Shown here: positions 45,345 to 55,529 of the stretch, piece by piece
Position numbering within the stretch: position 1 is the first letter of the stretch
Layout of the letters: the number at the start of each line of letters is the position of its first letter
Assembly: GCA_026418715.1 (NCBI GenBank)
Contig: JAOAAV010000015.1
Coordinates: 6,754-70,753, forward strand
Direction: 5' to 3'
Length of the DNA: 64,000 nt
From: Clostridia bacterium
GTDB taxonomy: Bacteria; Bacillota; Clostridia; UBA1381
Translations under genes and position numbers: made by a program
Notes under the pieces: model-generated
Told to the model about the DNA's origin: nothing
Seen by the model: only the letters and a program-made list of their open reading frames with translations
Databases searched by the model: none

Positions 45345-46895
45345 ATGATTGCATTGAAAAAAGTATGCAGTGCGGAAAAAATGCGAAGTATTGATCTTTG
45401 CGCTTCATCAGAGGGAGCGATTCCGAGCATTGTACTCATGGAAAATGCCGCAATTGCTTGTGTGAATGCTATCGAAAGAGATTTTTCAAACCTCAAAGGA
45501 AAGCGCGTGATGATTTTTTGCGGCAGAGGCAATAATGGTGGCGACGGTTTTGCAATTGCAAGGCATTTGATTAACAAAGAAATTTCCACAAGGATTTTTT
45601 TGGTTTGCGGAACGCAGTTTTCAGGTGATACTCAAACCAACTATGATATTTTGAGAAGGATGGGCGCAAATATTGTCGAGGTCACTGATGCAAATGCAAT
45701 CAGCTGTTATATTTGGGCTGCAGATATTGTAATTGATGCCATATATGGAACGGGTGCGAGGGGGGAAATCGGCGGAGTTGCACATGATGTTATCAAAGCG
45801 ATTAACAGATTTTCAAAATACACATTATCAGTGGATATTCCAAGCGGGCTGCATGCAGATACGGGAAAGCTTTGCGGGATATGTGTAAAAGCCAGTAAAA
45901 CAGTTACTTTTGCCGCATATAAAACAGGAATGTTTATGTTCCCTGGCGCGGATTATACGGGAGATGTGGAACTTGCAGACATATCAATACCGCAGTATAT
46001 CATAGAGAAGCAGGATATAAAAACGAACGTTATTGATATAGACCTTGTAAAAAGTATTTTTCCTGTCAGAGAAAAAAATTCACATAAAGGCGATTATGGG
46101 AAGGTATTCATCGTAGCCGGTTCGAAGGGAATGACCGGTGCGGCGTATTTGGCGGCACAGGCGGCCCTTTATTCGGGCAGCGGCTTGGTGACGCTGGGCA
46201 TCCCCGAAAGCTTAAATGCCGTTATGGAAAATAAGCTGACAGAGGTTATGACGCTGCCGCTTGAGGATGAAGACGGGAATTTGTCTTATTTTGCAGCAGA
46301 AAGAATTATCGAAAAGATGAATTCATGTGATGTTCTTCTATTTGGGCCAGGGCTTGGGAGATCTGATGAGATGGTTGACATACTCAAAAAAATTTTGTCA
46401 CAGTCAAAGATTCCGGTAATTGTCGATGCGGACGGATTGAATGCACTGGCAAAAGATATGAGTATACTGGACGACTGCTCATGCGGTCTGATTTTGACCC
46501 CTCATACGGTGGAATTCTCAAGATTGGCTGAATTTGAACCCGAATATATAGAGGAAAATCGTTTGTCGGCCTCCGAAAGCTTTGCAAAGGATTATGGACT
46601 TACACTTATACTCAAGGGAGCGCATACCATTGTAACAGCTTTTGACGGAGAACAGTATATTAATACAACAGGCAATGCAGGCATGGCAAGCGGCGGGAGC
46701 GGCGATGTGCTTGCGGGGATGATAGCTGCTTTTGCCGCAAGGGGACTATGCGAAAAAGATGCGGCGGTGTTGGCTGTATATCTGCATGGCAGGGCAGGGG
46801 ATATGGCAGCGGATAGACTTGGCATGGAATCTGTAACCGCACAGGCGATTATAGATTTTATTCCGTATGCCATAAAGTCCGTATTTAGTGAATAA
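45345..46895 (+). CDS. nnr: Bifunctional NAD(P)H-hydrate repair enzyme (epimerase/ADP-dependent dehydratase)
   Basis: 516 aa with an N-terminal YjeF_N domain (GRGNNGGDGF) and a C-terminal carbohydrate-kinase domain (HKGDYGKV..., GSGDVLAG). Confidence 0.9.
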   Translation: MIALKKVCSAEKMRSIDLCASSEGAIPSIVLMENAAIACVNAIERDFSNLKGKRVMIFCGRGNNGGDGFAIARHLINKEISTRIFLVCGTQFSGDTQTNYDILRRMGANIVEVTDANAISCYIWAADIVIDAIYGTGARGEIGGVAHDVIKAINRFSKYTLSVDIPSGLHADTGKLCGICVKASKTVTFAAYKTGMFMFPGADYTGDVELADISIPQYIIEKQDIKTNVIDIDLVKSIFPVREKNSHKGDYGKVFIVAGSKGMTGAAYLAAQAALYSGSGLVTLGIPESLNAVMENKLTEVMTLPLEDEDGNLSYFAAERIIEKMNSCDVLLFGPGLGRSDEMVDILKKILSQSKIPVIVDADGLNALAKDMSILDDCSCGLILTPHTVEFSRLAEFEPEYIEENRLSASESFAKDYGLTLILKGAHTIVTAFDGEQYINTTGNAGMASGGSGDVLAGMIAAFAARGLCEKDAAVLAVYLHGRAGDMAADRLGMESVTAQAIIDFIPYAIKSVFSE

Positions 46896-46925
46896 TTATA
46901 TACGGAGAACAGCTGAATAATTCAA

Positions 46926-46985
46926 AAGTTTAGATTTATCGACTAAAAATCAGGCACAAGTGCTGTTTATTCAAAATACGGATTG
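46926..46985 (+). repeat. Dispersed intergenic motif, copy B
   Basis: The sequence AAGTTTAGATTTATcgacTAAAAATCaggcaCAaGTgCTGtTTatTcAAAAtACGG is collinear with copy A. It lies between nnr and alr. Confidence 0.6.
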
Positions 46986-47119
46986 AAGATGAAGACTCAT
47001 TTTTTGATAAGCAGAGGTTTTATAGGAAAATTTTTCAATGTGCCTTCATAGGTGTATATTACCTGTGGAAACTTAACGGCTTATATGCTATAATAACAAT
47101 GTGTTGAGGGGTAATATTG

Positions 47120-48277
47120 ATGAGTAAAAGAGCATGGGCAGAGATTAATTTGGATGCTATTGCTTACAATATAAGACAAATAAGAAAAATAACATCACTA
47201 AATTCAAAAATTATGGCAGTTGTAAAGGCTGACGCTTACGGGCACGGTTTTTTGGAGGTTACTAAAACTCTTTTAAACAACGGTGCCGATTGTCTGGGAG
47301 TTGCAATGTTGGATGAGGCGGTACAGCTTAGAAAGTGCGGCATAGATGTTCCAATTTTGATACTTGGGTCGACGGAAGCGGAGGATGCGGATGAACTCGT
47401 GGAGTTTGACGTTATGCCTACCGTTTTTACCTATGATTTTGCAAAGGCGCTTTCAAGGTCTGCTCAAAAGAAAAATAAAACAGCAAAGATTCACATTAAA
47501 ATTGATACGGGTATGTCGCGAATCGGTTATGTTGCCGGAGAAAACGACGAAGCTGTCATCTCTGAAATTCTGGAAATTTCGAGACTTGAGAACGTCAACA
47601 TTGATGGGATATTTTCTCATTTTGCCTGCTCGGATGAGAAAGACAGAAGCTACACGGATATGCAGTTTAAAACCTTCATGAGTATTTGCTCCGAACTTGA
47701 GAGAAGGGGTCTTTATATACCAATCAAGCATATTTGCAACAGCGCAGGAGTGATGATGTATCCCGAAATGCATCTTGATATGGTGCGCCCCGGAATTATT
47801 TTATATGGTTTATATCCTTCAGATGAGGTGGATAAATCAAGGCTCGACCTTATCCCTGCAATGAGCTTGAAGGCAAGGATTACGCTGGTGAAGGAAGTGG
47901 GCAAAAACAGAGGCGTAAGCTATGGGAAAACGTACATAACCGATAAACAAACGAAAATTGCGACAGTACCTATCGGTTATGCTGACGGATATTTGCGCTT
48001 GCTTGCAAAAAAAGCAAAGATGCTTGTCAACGGAGAATGTGTTAACGTTATCGGCAGAATTTGTATGGATCAATGTATGATTGATGTAACAAATGTTAAT
48101 ACTATCGATATAGGTGACGAGGCAACTGTTTTTGGTGCCGATACGATTACTGCAGATAGTGTTGCCGCTTGGCTTGACACCATCAATTATGAGGTGGTTT
48201 GTATGATAGGCAAGCGTATTCCGAGAGTTTACATTATGGACGGAAAGGTGGTGAAAAAGCTTAATTATTTGATATAG
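47120..48277 (+). CDS. alr: Alanine racemase
   Basis: PLP-Lys context AVVKADAYGHG and the C-terminal PIGYADGY motif. The RBS is GAGGGG. Confidence 0.95.
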   Translation: MSKRAWAEINLDAIAYNIRQIRKITSLNSKIMAVVKADAYGHGFLEVTKTLLNNGADCLGVAMLDEAVQLRKCGIDVPILILGSTEAEDADELVEFDVMPTVFTYDFAKALSRSAQKKNKTAKIHIKIDTGMSRIGYVAGENDEAVISEILEISRLENVNIDGIFSHFACSDEKDRSYTDMQFKTFMSICSELERRGLYIPIKHICNSAGVMMYPEMHLDMVRPGIILYGLYPSDEVDKSRLDLIPAMSLKARITLVKEVGKNRGVSYGKTYITDKQTKIATVPIGYADGYLRLLAKKAKMLVNGECVNVIGRICMDQCMIDVTNVNTIDIGDEATVFGADTITADSVAAWLDTINYEVVCMIGKRIPRVYIMDGKVVKKLNYLI

Positions 48278-48509
48278 CGAGCTTCTTGTAAAATGATAAG
48301 CTTCTTTAAAACCTTCTATAAACAAATATTAAATTTTTATATTAAAGAATAAATATATATTGCGAAAGATAATTTTTGTGATATATCAGGATGCTGAATT
48401 TTATAAGAAATTTTATGAATTCTATGCTGCAAGAAAAATCGACATTTACAAACGTACTATCTTCGCATATTGGTAGTATGAATAGAACAAAACAGGGGGT
48501 CTGGTTGCT

Positions 48510-48785
48510 TTGTCACAATTTAAAAAAGTCTTGATAACCATGCCCGATTATCTTCTTGATGAGATTGATGCTTTGGCAAAGAGAGAAAATAAAAGCCGGA
48601 GTGAAATGGTTCGAGAGGTTATGAAGGTGTATATAAAAGAAAAACAGAATAATTATTTAGCTCAAAAGCTGGCAACCGGGTATCAAGAAATGGCGGAAAT
48701 CAATCTCGAATTAGCGCAATTGTGTTTTGGTGCTGACAGTGAAGCAAATCAGCATTATGAGGAAAAACTAGCGGAGTGTGAATAG
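48510..48785 (+). CDS. mazE: Ribbon-helix-helix antitoxin (EndoAI/MazE-like)
   Basis: 91 aa from a TTG start behind ACAGGGGG, collinear with B. subtilis EndoAI (..[24 protein letters not shown]...[10 protein letters not shown]). The alr-ndoAI-ndoA synteny matches Bacillus. Confidence 0.8.
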   Translation: MSQFKKVLITMPDYLLDEIDALAKRENKSRSEMVREVMKVYIKEKQNNYLAQKLATGYQEMAEINLELAQLCFGADSEANQHYEEKLAECE

Positions 48786-49138
48786 TGGTGATTGTAAAAA
48801 GAGGAGATATTTATTACGCCGATTTAAGTCCCGTCGTCGGTTCTGAACAAGGAGGAATCAGACCTGTGCTGATTATTCAGAATGACATAGGGAATAAGTA
48901 CAGCCCCACAGTGATTGCAGCGGCTATAACGTCGCAGATCAACAAGGCAAAAATGCCTACGCATATAGAATTATCTGCTGAGGAATATGGATTAAATAAA
49001 GATTCCGTAGTTTTGCTTGAGCAAATTAGAACAATAGACAAAAAGAGGCTCAGAGAAAAGATTGGGCACTTGGATGCGTCTTTGATGAATCAAGTCAACG
49101 AGGCGCTGTCCATAAGCTTTGGGCTTATTGAGCTTTAG
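48785..49138 (+). CDS. mazF: PemK/MazF-family endoribonuclease toxin (EndoA)
   Basis: The pattern [48 protein letters not shown] is nearly identical to the EndoA/MazF-bs pattern. Confidence 0.9.
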   Translation: MVIVKRGDIYYADLSPVVGSEQGGIRPVLIIQNDIGNKYSPTVIAAAITSQINKAKMPTHIELSAEEYGLNKDSVVLLEQIRTIDKKRLREKIGHLDASLMNQVNEALSISFGLIEL

Positions 49139-49257
49139 AATCCTTTTTTATTCATTGCATAGAGAAGTGTTTTAGGAGGGATATTATGAAAAAACTTCCG
49201 ATATTTGTGAGCATACTTTAGAAGTTTTGCTACATAAATATTGCGGATTTATTGATA

Positions 49258-49309
49258 GGGCAAGCATGGACTTTCCACTTGGGAAGGGATGTTTGCCCTG
49301 TTTTGTTTG
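49258..49309 (+). terminator. Intrinsic terminator after mazEF
   Basis: GGGCAAGCAT (49258-67) pairs with ATGTTTGCCC (49289-98; one G-U pair) and is followed by TGTTTTGTTTG. Confidence 0.65.
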
Positions 49310-49338
49310 ACGTCTTAAAATCAAAGGTTTCGTACGTA

Positions 49339-49367
49339 TTTACAAAGCTAAAAAAAAGGGATATAAT
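49339..49367 (+). promoter_or_regulatory. Sigma-A type promoter of the tsaC operon
   Basis: TTTACA (49339-44), a 17-nt spacer, then TATAAT (49362-67). Confidence 0.55.
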
Positions 49368-49428
49368 ATTCAAGATGAGAATCAGAATATAGAAGATTTT
49401 TAAATATATTTTCTAAAGGTGGAACATA

Positions 49429-50475
49429 ATGAATACTCAAATGATAAAAATCAATCCCGAAGAGATTGATAAAAATACTTTAAAGGAAGCAGCAAAAATT
49501 TTAGGGGAAGGTGGACTTGTCGCATTTCCCACCGAAACTGTTTACGGTTTGGGCGCAAATGCTCTTGATGAGGATGCTGTAAAAGGCATATTTGTAGCAA
49601 AAGGGCGACCGTCCGACAATCCTCTGATTGTTCATATTGCTGAAAAAGATGATGTTTACAAAATAGCAATAAATGTTCCCCAAATGGCACAGAAGCTGAT
49701 TGATGCGTTTTCTCCGGGACCTCTCACAGTGATTTTAAAAAAGCAGCCATTTGTAAGCAGCATTGTAACAGGAGGTTTGGATACTGTTGCAATCAGAATT
49801 CCTGCTCATCCTATAGCACGTGAGTTGATTCGATTATCCGGAGTCCCTGTTGCGGCACCAAGCGCAAACTTGTCAGGAAAGCCGAGCCCCACAATGGCAA
49901 AACATGTGATAGAGGATATGAATGGCAGAATTGATTGCATTATAGATGGCGGTCCGTGCAGTGTGGGATTGGAGTCGACGGTTGTAGATATGACGGGACA
50001 GTGCCCTGTTATTCTTCGGCCAGGTGGCGTTACGCTTGAAGACATAAAGCAAATTATTCCAACGGCTTTGTTGGATTCTCATGTGCTAAGCAGCATAAGT
50101 TCTGCAGAGGCGCCCAGAAGTCCGGGCATGAAATATAAGCATTATGCTCCAAAAGCAGAGGTGACTGTTGTTGAGGGCGAACATACAAAGGTTAGGGAAA
50201 AGATAAGACAGTTGTGTTCTTTGGCGAAGGCAGACGGGAAAAAGGTCGGAGTTATAGTTCGTTATGGAGAAGAAGCCTCATATCCCGCCGATTGCGTTCT
50301 TACCGCCGGTTATGAAAGTACATCGTATGCCGCAAGCCTTTTTGCAAACTTAAGGAAATTTGATGAAAACGGTATTGAAGTTGTTTTTGCAGAGTTTAAA
50401 TCCGAAGCAGGGATGGGAGTAGCTGTGCAAAACAGGTTGTATAAGGCCGCAAACAACAGAGTAATACACGTGTAG
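49429..50475 (+). CDS. tsaC: L-threonylcarbamoyladenylate synthase (Sua5/YwlC type, with C-terminal Sua5 domain)
   Basis: 348 aa with FPTETVYGLGANA, KGRPSDNPLIVH and SANLSGKPSPT. Confidence 0.9.
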   Translation: MNTQMIKINPEEIDKNTLKEAAKILGEGGLVAFPTETVYGLGANALDEDAVKGIFVAKGRPSDNPLIVHIAEKDDVYKIAINVPQMAQKLIDAFSPGPLTVILKKQPFVSSIVTGGLDTVAIRIPAHPIARELIRLSGVPVAAPSANLSGKPSPTMAKHVIEDMNGRIDCIIDGGPCSVGLESTVVDMTGQCPVILRPGGVTLEDIKQIIPTALLDSHVLSSISSAEAPRSPGMKYKHYAPKAEVTVVEGEHTKVREKIRQLCSLAKADGKKVGVIVRYGEEASYPADCVLTAGYESTSYAASLFANLRKFDENGIEVVFAEFKSEAGMGVAVQNRLYKAANNRVIHV

Positions 50476-50489
50476 AAGGAGATTTGGAT

Positions 50490-50921
50490 ATGAACATATT
50501 ATTCATTTGTACGGGAAATACCTGCCGCAGTCCAATGGCGGAAGGATTAATGCGCAAAATAGCTCAAGACTACAGGTTGGATATTTCAGTGGAATCTGCG
50601 GGAATATTTGCACAAAGCGGAGAGCCTGCAAGTAGATATGCCATTGAAGCAATGGCTGAATATGGGGTGGATATTTCCGCGCACAAAGCGAAACAGGTGA
50701 CGGAAGAGTTGCTAAAAAAAAGCGATATTGTTCTTACTATGACACAGAGCCACAAGGAGATGCTATTTTCGATAGCTGAGAGTGTATATACCCTGAATGA
50801 ATATGCAAACGTGGATGGAGATATACCAGATCCGTATGGCGGAAGTTTGGAAGAATACAAAGAAACCGCAGCACGCATCTATGATATGCTCCTAAAAATA
50901 GCAAAGGATGTAAAGCAATGA
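50490..50921 (+). CDS. Low-molecular-weight protein (arginine/tyrosine) phosphatase, YwlE-like
   Basis: The CX5R(S) P-loop is present in ILFICTGNTCRSPMAEG, with a DP motif near the C-terminus (IPDPYGG). The ywlC-ywlE synteny matches Bacillus. Confidence 0.85.
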   Translation: MNILFICTGNTCRSPMAEGLMRKIAQDYRLDISVESAGIFAQSGEPASRYAIEAMAEYGVDISAHKAKQVTEELLKKSDIVLTMTQSHKEMLFSIAESVYTLNEYANVDGDIPDPYGGSLEEYKETAARIYDMLLKIAKDVKQ

Positions 50922-51370
50922 ATCACATTGTTCCAATGACAATTGCGGATGTAGACGATGTATGGAATTTGGATAAGCTTTGTTTTCATATACCTTGGGC
51001 AAGAGAAGCTTTTGTTGACGAAGTCTATAACGAGTTGGCATATTATTATCTAATAAAAAGAAATGAACAAACAATTGCATATTGTGGCTTTTGGAATGTC
51101 GCGGGAGAGGGGCATATCACCAACATAGCGGTGCATCCGGATTTTAGAAGACAGGGTGTTGGCAGTATTCTTCTTAGGCTTATCGTAGATCAGGCAAAAA
51201 AGTTGAGGCTGTCACTGCTTACACTTGAAGTAAGAGAAAGCAATGTAAACGCACAAAGACTATACGGGAAATTTGGTTTTAGAGTTATCGGCAAACGCAG
51301 CAGATATTATTCTGATAATATGGAGGATGCGTATATTATGACAAGATACATGGAGGAGAACGTTGAATAA
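50918..51370 (+). CDS. rimI: Ribosomal-protein-alanine N-acetyltransferase
   Basis: 150-aa GNAT ([38 protein letters not shown]). It sits directly upstream of tsaD, overlapping it by 8 nt. Confidence 0.85.
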   Translation: MNHIVPMTIADVDDVWNLDKLCFHIPWAREAFVDEVYNELAYYYLIKRNEQTIAYCGFWNVAGEGHITNIAVHPDFRRQGVGSILLRLIVDQAKKLRLSLLTLEVRESNVNAQRLYGKFGFRVIGKRSRYYSDNMEDAYIMTRYMEENVE

Positions 51371-52370
51371 ACTTATTTTAGGCATAGAAAGTTCATGTGA
51401 TGAAACTGCCGCTGCGGTTGTAAAGGACGGGCGAGATGTTTTATCCAATATCATTAATTCACAGGTTGATTTGCATAAAAAATACGGCGGAGTAGTTCCA
51501 GAAATTGCCTCACGCAAGCATATTGAAACAATTGATGCCGTAATTGATGAAGCTCTTGAAAGAGCGAAAGTTTCCTTATCGGACATTGACGCTGTCGCCG
51601 TAACATATGGCCCAGGTTTGGTCGGAGCGCTTTTGGTGGGTGTGTCAACGGCAAAGGCACTGGCATATGCCGCAAAAAAGCCGCTTATACCCATACATCA
51701 TATTAAAGGACATATCATGGCAAACTTTATAACTCATACAGATTTAGAGCCTCCATTTGTGTGTTTGGTCGCATCAGGGGGTCACAGCCATATCGTGAGC
51801 GTAAAAGATTACACGAATTTTGAGATTTTAGGGAGAACAAGAGATGATGCCGCAGGTGAGGCATTCGACAAAATAGCACGTGTGCTCGAATTGGGATATC
51901 CGGGGGGACCATTGATTGATAAACTTGCAAAGGAAGGAAATCCCGAAGCTATTCACTTTCCGCGTGTTCGCATAGACAAGGACTGTCTGGATTTTAGCTT
52001 CAGCGGAGTAAAGACAGCGGTAATTAATTACCTTCATAAACTAAATCAAAATAATGAAAATTACAATAAAGCGGACGTTGCCGCAAGCTTTCAGGCTGCT
52101 GTTGTGGATGTTTTGTGTGAGCATACCATTGAGGCTGCTGTTAAAGTTGACACAAGGACTATTGCTTTAGCAGGGGGTGTAGCGGCAAATTCTACGCTCA
52201 GATATAAAATGACGCAAAAAGCAGCCCAATATGGCATAAGGGTTTTATATCCTTCTCCCATTTTATGCACAGACAATGCTGCCATGATAGCATGCGCCGG
52301 ATACTATGCATACTTGGAAGGCAATTTTGCGGATATGACTTTGAATGCGATTGCGAATTTGCAGCTGTAA
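51363..52370 (+). CDS. tsaD: tRNA N6-adenosine threonylcarbamoyltransferase
   Basis: [15 protein letters not shown], the HHIKGH metal motif and GGVAAN. TTG start behind GGAGGAG. Confidence 0.95.
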   Translation: MNKLILGIESSCDETAAAVVKDGRDVLSNIINSQVDLHKKYGGVVPEIASRKHIETIDAVIDEALERAKVSLSDIDAVAVTYGPGLVGALLVGVSTAKALAYAAKKPLIPIHHIKGHIMANFITHTDLEPPFVCLVASGGHSHIVSVKDYTNFEILGRTRDDAAGEAFDKIARVLELGYPGGPLIDKLAKEGNPEAIHFPRVRIDKDCLDFSFSGVKTAVINYLHKLNQNNENYNKADVAASFQAAVVDVLCEHTIEAAVKVDTRTIALAGGVAANSTLRYKMTQKAAQYGIRVLYPSPILCTDNAAMIACAGYYAYLEGNFADMTLNAIANLQL

Positions 52371-52499
52371 GCAGCCTGGCTTTTCTGTATTTAATTATAA
52401 ATCGACATTTTTTTATATATGCTGTACAAATCCTAATGTAATGTGTTATAATGTCTACTGTTGTACATTCGACAATAAATTACAAAAGGATGAGGGAAT

Positions 52500-53123
52500 A
52501 TGTGGTCAGCATTTGTAAAAGCAATTTTGGGAGGCATCGCTATCAGTATAGCGGGAGTAGTTTATTTGACGCTTGAAAATCATATTGTGGGCGCTTTTCT
52601 ATTTTCACTGGGACTGTTTACTATTTACACATTTGGTTTAAATCTTTACACGGGAAAGGTTTGTTATATACCCAATGAGAAACCAAGATTTCTCATTCTT
52701 ACTGGTATCATATATTTGGGCAATGCGGTAGGGACAGTTGGCACAGGGTATCTGTTGCGTCAGACTAAATTGATTAAACTTGCGTCACATACGGCCGAAA
52801 TAGTAAGTACCAAGTTGTCGGACACTCCGTTTAGCACCTTTGTTATGGCGTGTTTGTGCGGTATATTGATGTGTATTGCTGTAATAGGTTTTCACACAAT
52901 CAAGGAAGGCGCGGGCAAATACTTAGCTCTTATTTTCCCAGTTATGGTGTTTATTCTTTCGGGTTTTGAACACTCTATTGCGGATATGTTTTATTTCTCA
53001 ATGGCAAATGCCTGGGGTGGAAAAGCTTTATTTTATATTGTTATAATTTCGTTAGGGAATTTAATCGGGGGATTGCTTCTTCCCCTGGTTTTAAAACTTA
53101 CGGATGGTCAGGAGCTTCATTAA
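52500..53123 (+). CDS. Formate/nitrite transporter (FNT) family protein, short form
   Basis: 207 aa with 6 TM segments and the FNT-like motifs GAFLFSLGL and SGFEHSIADMF. Confidence 0.75.
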   Translation: MWSAFVKAILGGIAISIAGVVYLTLENHIVGAFLFSLGLFTIYTFGLNLYTGKVCYIPNEKPRFLILTGIIYLGNAVGTVGTGYLLRQTKLIKLASHTAEIVSTKLSDTPFSTFVMACLCGILMCIAVIGFHTIKEGAGKYLALIFPVMVFILSGFEHSIADMFYFSMANAWGGKALFYIVIISLGNLIGGLLLPLVLKLTDGQELH

Positions 53124-53168
53124 AATAAAGCAGACATAAGCGTTTTCGCTTATGTCTGCTTTATTTTA
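53122..53168. terminator. Bidirectional terminator between FNT (+) and tmk (-)
   Basis: A perfect 18-bp stem ATAAAGCAGACATAAGCG-tttt-CGCTTATGTCTGCTTTAT, flanked by A/T runs. Confidence 0.8.
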
Positions 53169-53169
53169 T

Positions 53170-53841
53170 TTAAATAAATTTTATTGCTATATTGTAGATT
53201 TCATCTTGAATATCCTCAAGTGAACGTACCTTATTATCTTTTATACAATTTACTCTGTTCCATGCATATTTTTCAGACACATAAATCGCATTTTCATAGC
53301 TCAAACTTAAATATGAGGCATCATTTTCATGAATATCCTTTTTCACGCTGCCATTTATTTTATTTATCCGATCTTGCATCAGTTTCAGCGAATATTGTAC
53401 AGGCATATCCAAAAAAATCTGGACATCTGGTTTAGGCAGGCCATAAATATTGTATTCAAGATCGTAAATCCAGTCCAAAAAGCGGTTTTTTTCATTGATA
53501 TCCGTTATTTTTCCTGCCTGATGTATCATATTGGATGCCACATATCTGTCCGCCAAAATTAAAGTGCCGCTTTGGTAATCTTTTCCCCAATCGGTTCTGT
53601 ATGTCGCAAAGCGGTCTGCGGCAAAAAAGGTAGATGCGGCATATGCGTTCACATCTTCGGGATTTTTACCGAAAGCTCCCGACAGATACTGTTTTACCAG
53701 TGAAGATGACGGCTTTTCATACATGGGGAAGGATAGTTTTCTTACGGGGATTCCATCTGAAACAAAACGGTCATACAGCATCTGTGTATGTGTTTGTTTG
53801 CCGCTTGCATCTACTCCGTCTATTGCAATTAATTTTCCCAA
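53170..53841 (-). CDS. tmk: Thymidylate kinase family protein
   Basis: 223 aa with the P-loop IAIDGVDASGKQT, the DRY motif (LADRYVASN) and a LID-like region. It lies 3 nt downstream of thyX. Confidence 0.75.
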   Translation of the reverse strand: MGKLIAIDGVDASGKQTHTQMLYDRFVSDGIPVRKLSFPMYEKPSSSLVKQYLSGAFGKNPEDVNAYAASTFFAADRFATYRTDWGKDYQSGTLILADRYVASNMIHQAGKITDINEKNRFLDWIYDLEYNIYGLPKPDVQIFLDMPVQYSLKLMQDRINKINGSVKKDIHENDASYLSLSYENAIYVSEKYAWNRVNCIKDNKVRSLEDIQDEIYNIAIKFI

Positions 53842-53844
53842 TTT

Positions 53845-54603
53845 CTATACCCCCAAATACTTTTCCCGCATTTTCATCATCTTCCCGCATGACATTTTTC
53901 CCTCAGGGCAGCTTCCTAAAATGCAAGGAGGGCCTGCGTGATGAAACAAATTCGGTGCTTTTTCCTTCACCAGTGCTAGCATCTCATCAGCCAACGCACG
54001 AATTTCCCACTGTGCGCGGTTGCAACAGCGGTGACTGAAAAAGTTGTAAAGGCTTCGAACATTCATGGTAACAATCATTTTTGTTTCACATGCGTTAGGC
54101 AATACAAAACGTGCGTCTTCAATAGCTTTTTTTTGCGCCATGGTTTTTGCCTGTTTTTCGGGCAGACCTTCCTGCACAAATGCCTGATAATGTGCTTCAT
54201 ATAAGCAATCCGCAAGCTCGTTATAGTATTCTTGGGAAATTTGCATTGCTTGAGTGAACTTTGCTTTGGCCTTTTCGTTTTTTTCGATTTCGGGAGGAAT
54301 TATGTATTCAAATTGATTTTCGGAAACATACCGCTGTGATTTTACCGAATAGCTTGCGATTCTATGTCTGGTAATTTGGGCTAAAAGGGATCTTGACACG
54401 CCTTCTATTCCGAAAGTAAAGCTTACGTGTTCCACCGGACTTTCATGCCCCAAACTCATTAACATTTTAATAAAGCTTTCAGTTTTTTCGGGAGTAAGTC
54501 CGATTAAAACATCATCTATGCCGCTTGCGCTGTAGCAAAGCTTTGCGGCAGCTGCAACAATTTTTTCCGGGTCGGGAGTGTGTGATAATAATTCGACTTT
54601 CAT
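53845..54603 (-). CDS. thyX: FAD-dependent thymidylate synthase ThyX
   Basis: The ThyX signature [14 protein letters not shown] is present. The start is taken at [13 protein letters not shown]; the ORF extends to a TTG at 54627. Confidence 0.9.
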   Translation of the reverse strand: MKVELLSHTPDPEKIVAAAAKLCYSASGIDDVLIGLTPEKTESFIKMLMSLGHESPVEHVSFTFGIEGVSRSLLAQITRHRIASYSVKSQRYVSENQFEYIIPPEIEKNEKAKAKFTQAMQISQEYYNELADCLYEAHYQAFVQEGLPEKQAKTMAQKKAIEDARFVLPNACETKMIVTMNVRSLYNFFSHRCCNRAQWEIRALADEMLALVKEKAPNLFHHAGPPCILGSCPEGKMSCGKMMKMREKYLGV

Positions 54604-54699
54604 TTCGGCAATTATTCCTTTCCGCAATATATAAAAAAGTACTTATAAAACCTCCGATTTAGCGATACTAAGAAAAAAGTTTGTGAAAACATTTCAGCA

Positions 54700-54757
54700 A
54701 TTTTGCATTAGGTATATTCAGATCCAAAGCCGTTTTTTTATCAATAAATCTAAACTC
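54700..54757 (-). repeat. Dispersed intergenic motif, copy C
   Basis: The - strand reads GAGTTTAGATTTATtgatAAAAAAACGGctttggatctgaatata, starting at the tagA stop codon. AATCTAAA (54770-54777, within the last codons of tagA on the - strand) can pair with TTTAGATT of the motif. Confidence 0.55.
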
Positions 54758-55520
54758 ATTTCTTAATTTGTGAATTTAGATTCTCTCTATATCTTCTGCC
54801 TTTTAGCAGCACTGTGACTCCAAATTTAGGGAGAGCCATCATGCGTCCTATTCGCCAGGGTTCCTTTATCAAGCGGTAGAGCCACTCCAGCCCCATATTG
54901 CACCAAAAATCAGGAGCACGCTCAACTTTGCCTGCGAATACATCCAAACTTCCACCAATGCCCATTGCAACCTTTGCTTTCAGTTTATCTCGATTTCTAT
55001 CTATCCATTTTTCCTGGGCAGGAGCTCCAAGGCAGACAAATACAATATCCGCACCGGAATTGTTGATTTCATCTATAATTTCACTTTCTTCTTCCGGCTT
55101 AAAATAACCGTTGTGCGTACCCACGATACGTATGCCAGGATACTTTTCTTCAAGTTTTCTCTTTGCCTCTTCGGCAATGCCCGGTTTGCCGCCTAATAAA
55201 AATAATTTATGTTCAGTATCTTTGAGTTTTTCTAAAACCTTAATCGCAATATCATAGCCTGCCGCACGTTCGGAAATGGGCTTTCTTAAAATTTTCGATG
55301 CGTATACGACGCCTATTCCGTCTGCTGTTAAAAGATCTGCGCGGTTCAAAAGCTCGGCAAACTCCGCATCACGATAAGCCATCATAATGATTTCAGAATT
55401 TGGCGTATAAACGCTGTGAAGGCGGTCTTCCTCAAAAAAGGAAACAATCTTATCCGCCGCCTCAGAAATATTTACCATATCAACATTAACACCTAATATG
55501 TTTACTTTATCCATTATCAT
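54756..55520 (-). CDS. tagA: WecB/TagA/CpsF-family glycosyltransferase
   Basis: 254 aa with the patterns ILGVNVD..., TPNSEIIM, DGIGVVYASK, GAPAQEKWI and WLYRLIKEPWR. Confidence 0.85.
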   Translation of the reverse strand: MIMDKVNILGVNVDMVNISEAADKIVSFFEEDRLHSVYTPNSEIIMMAYRDAEFAELLNRADLLTADGIGVVYASKILRKPISERAAGYDIAIKVLEKLKDTEHKLFLLGGKPGIAEEAKRKLEEKYPGIRIVGTHNGYFKPEEESEIIDEINNSGADIVFVCLGAPAQEKWIDRNRDKLKAKVAMGIGGSLDVFAGKVERAPDFWCNMGLEWLYRLIKEPWRIGRMMALPKFGVTVLLKGRRYRENLNSQIKK

Positions 55521-55529
55521 ATGCCTTTC

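Noticed and set aside
48391-48534. 47-codon ORF (MLNFIRNFMNSMLQEK...) upstream of, and overlapping, the mazE start.
   Set aside because: It has no RBS and an AT-rich low-complexity translation, it overlaps the better-supported antitoxin start, and I recognise no family resemblance.
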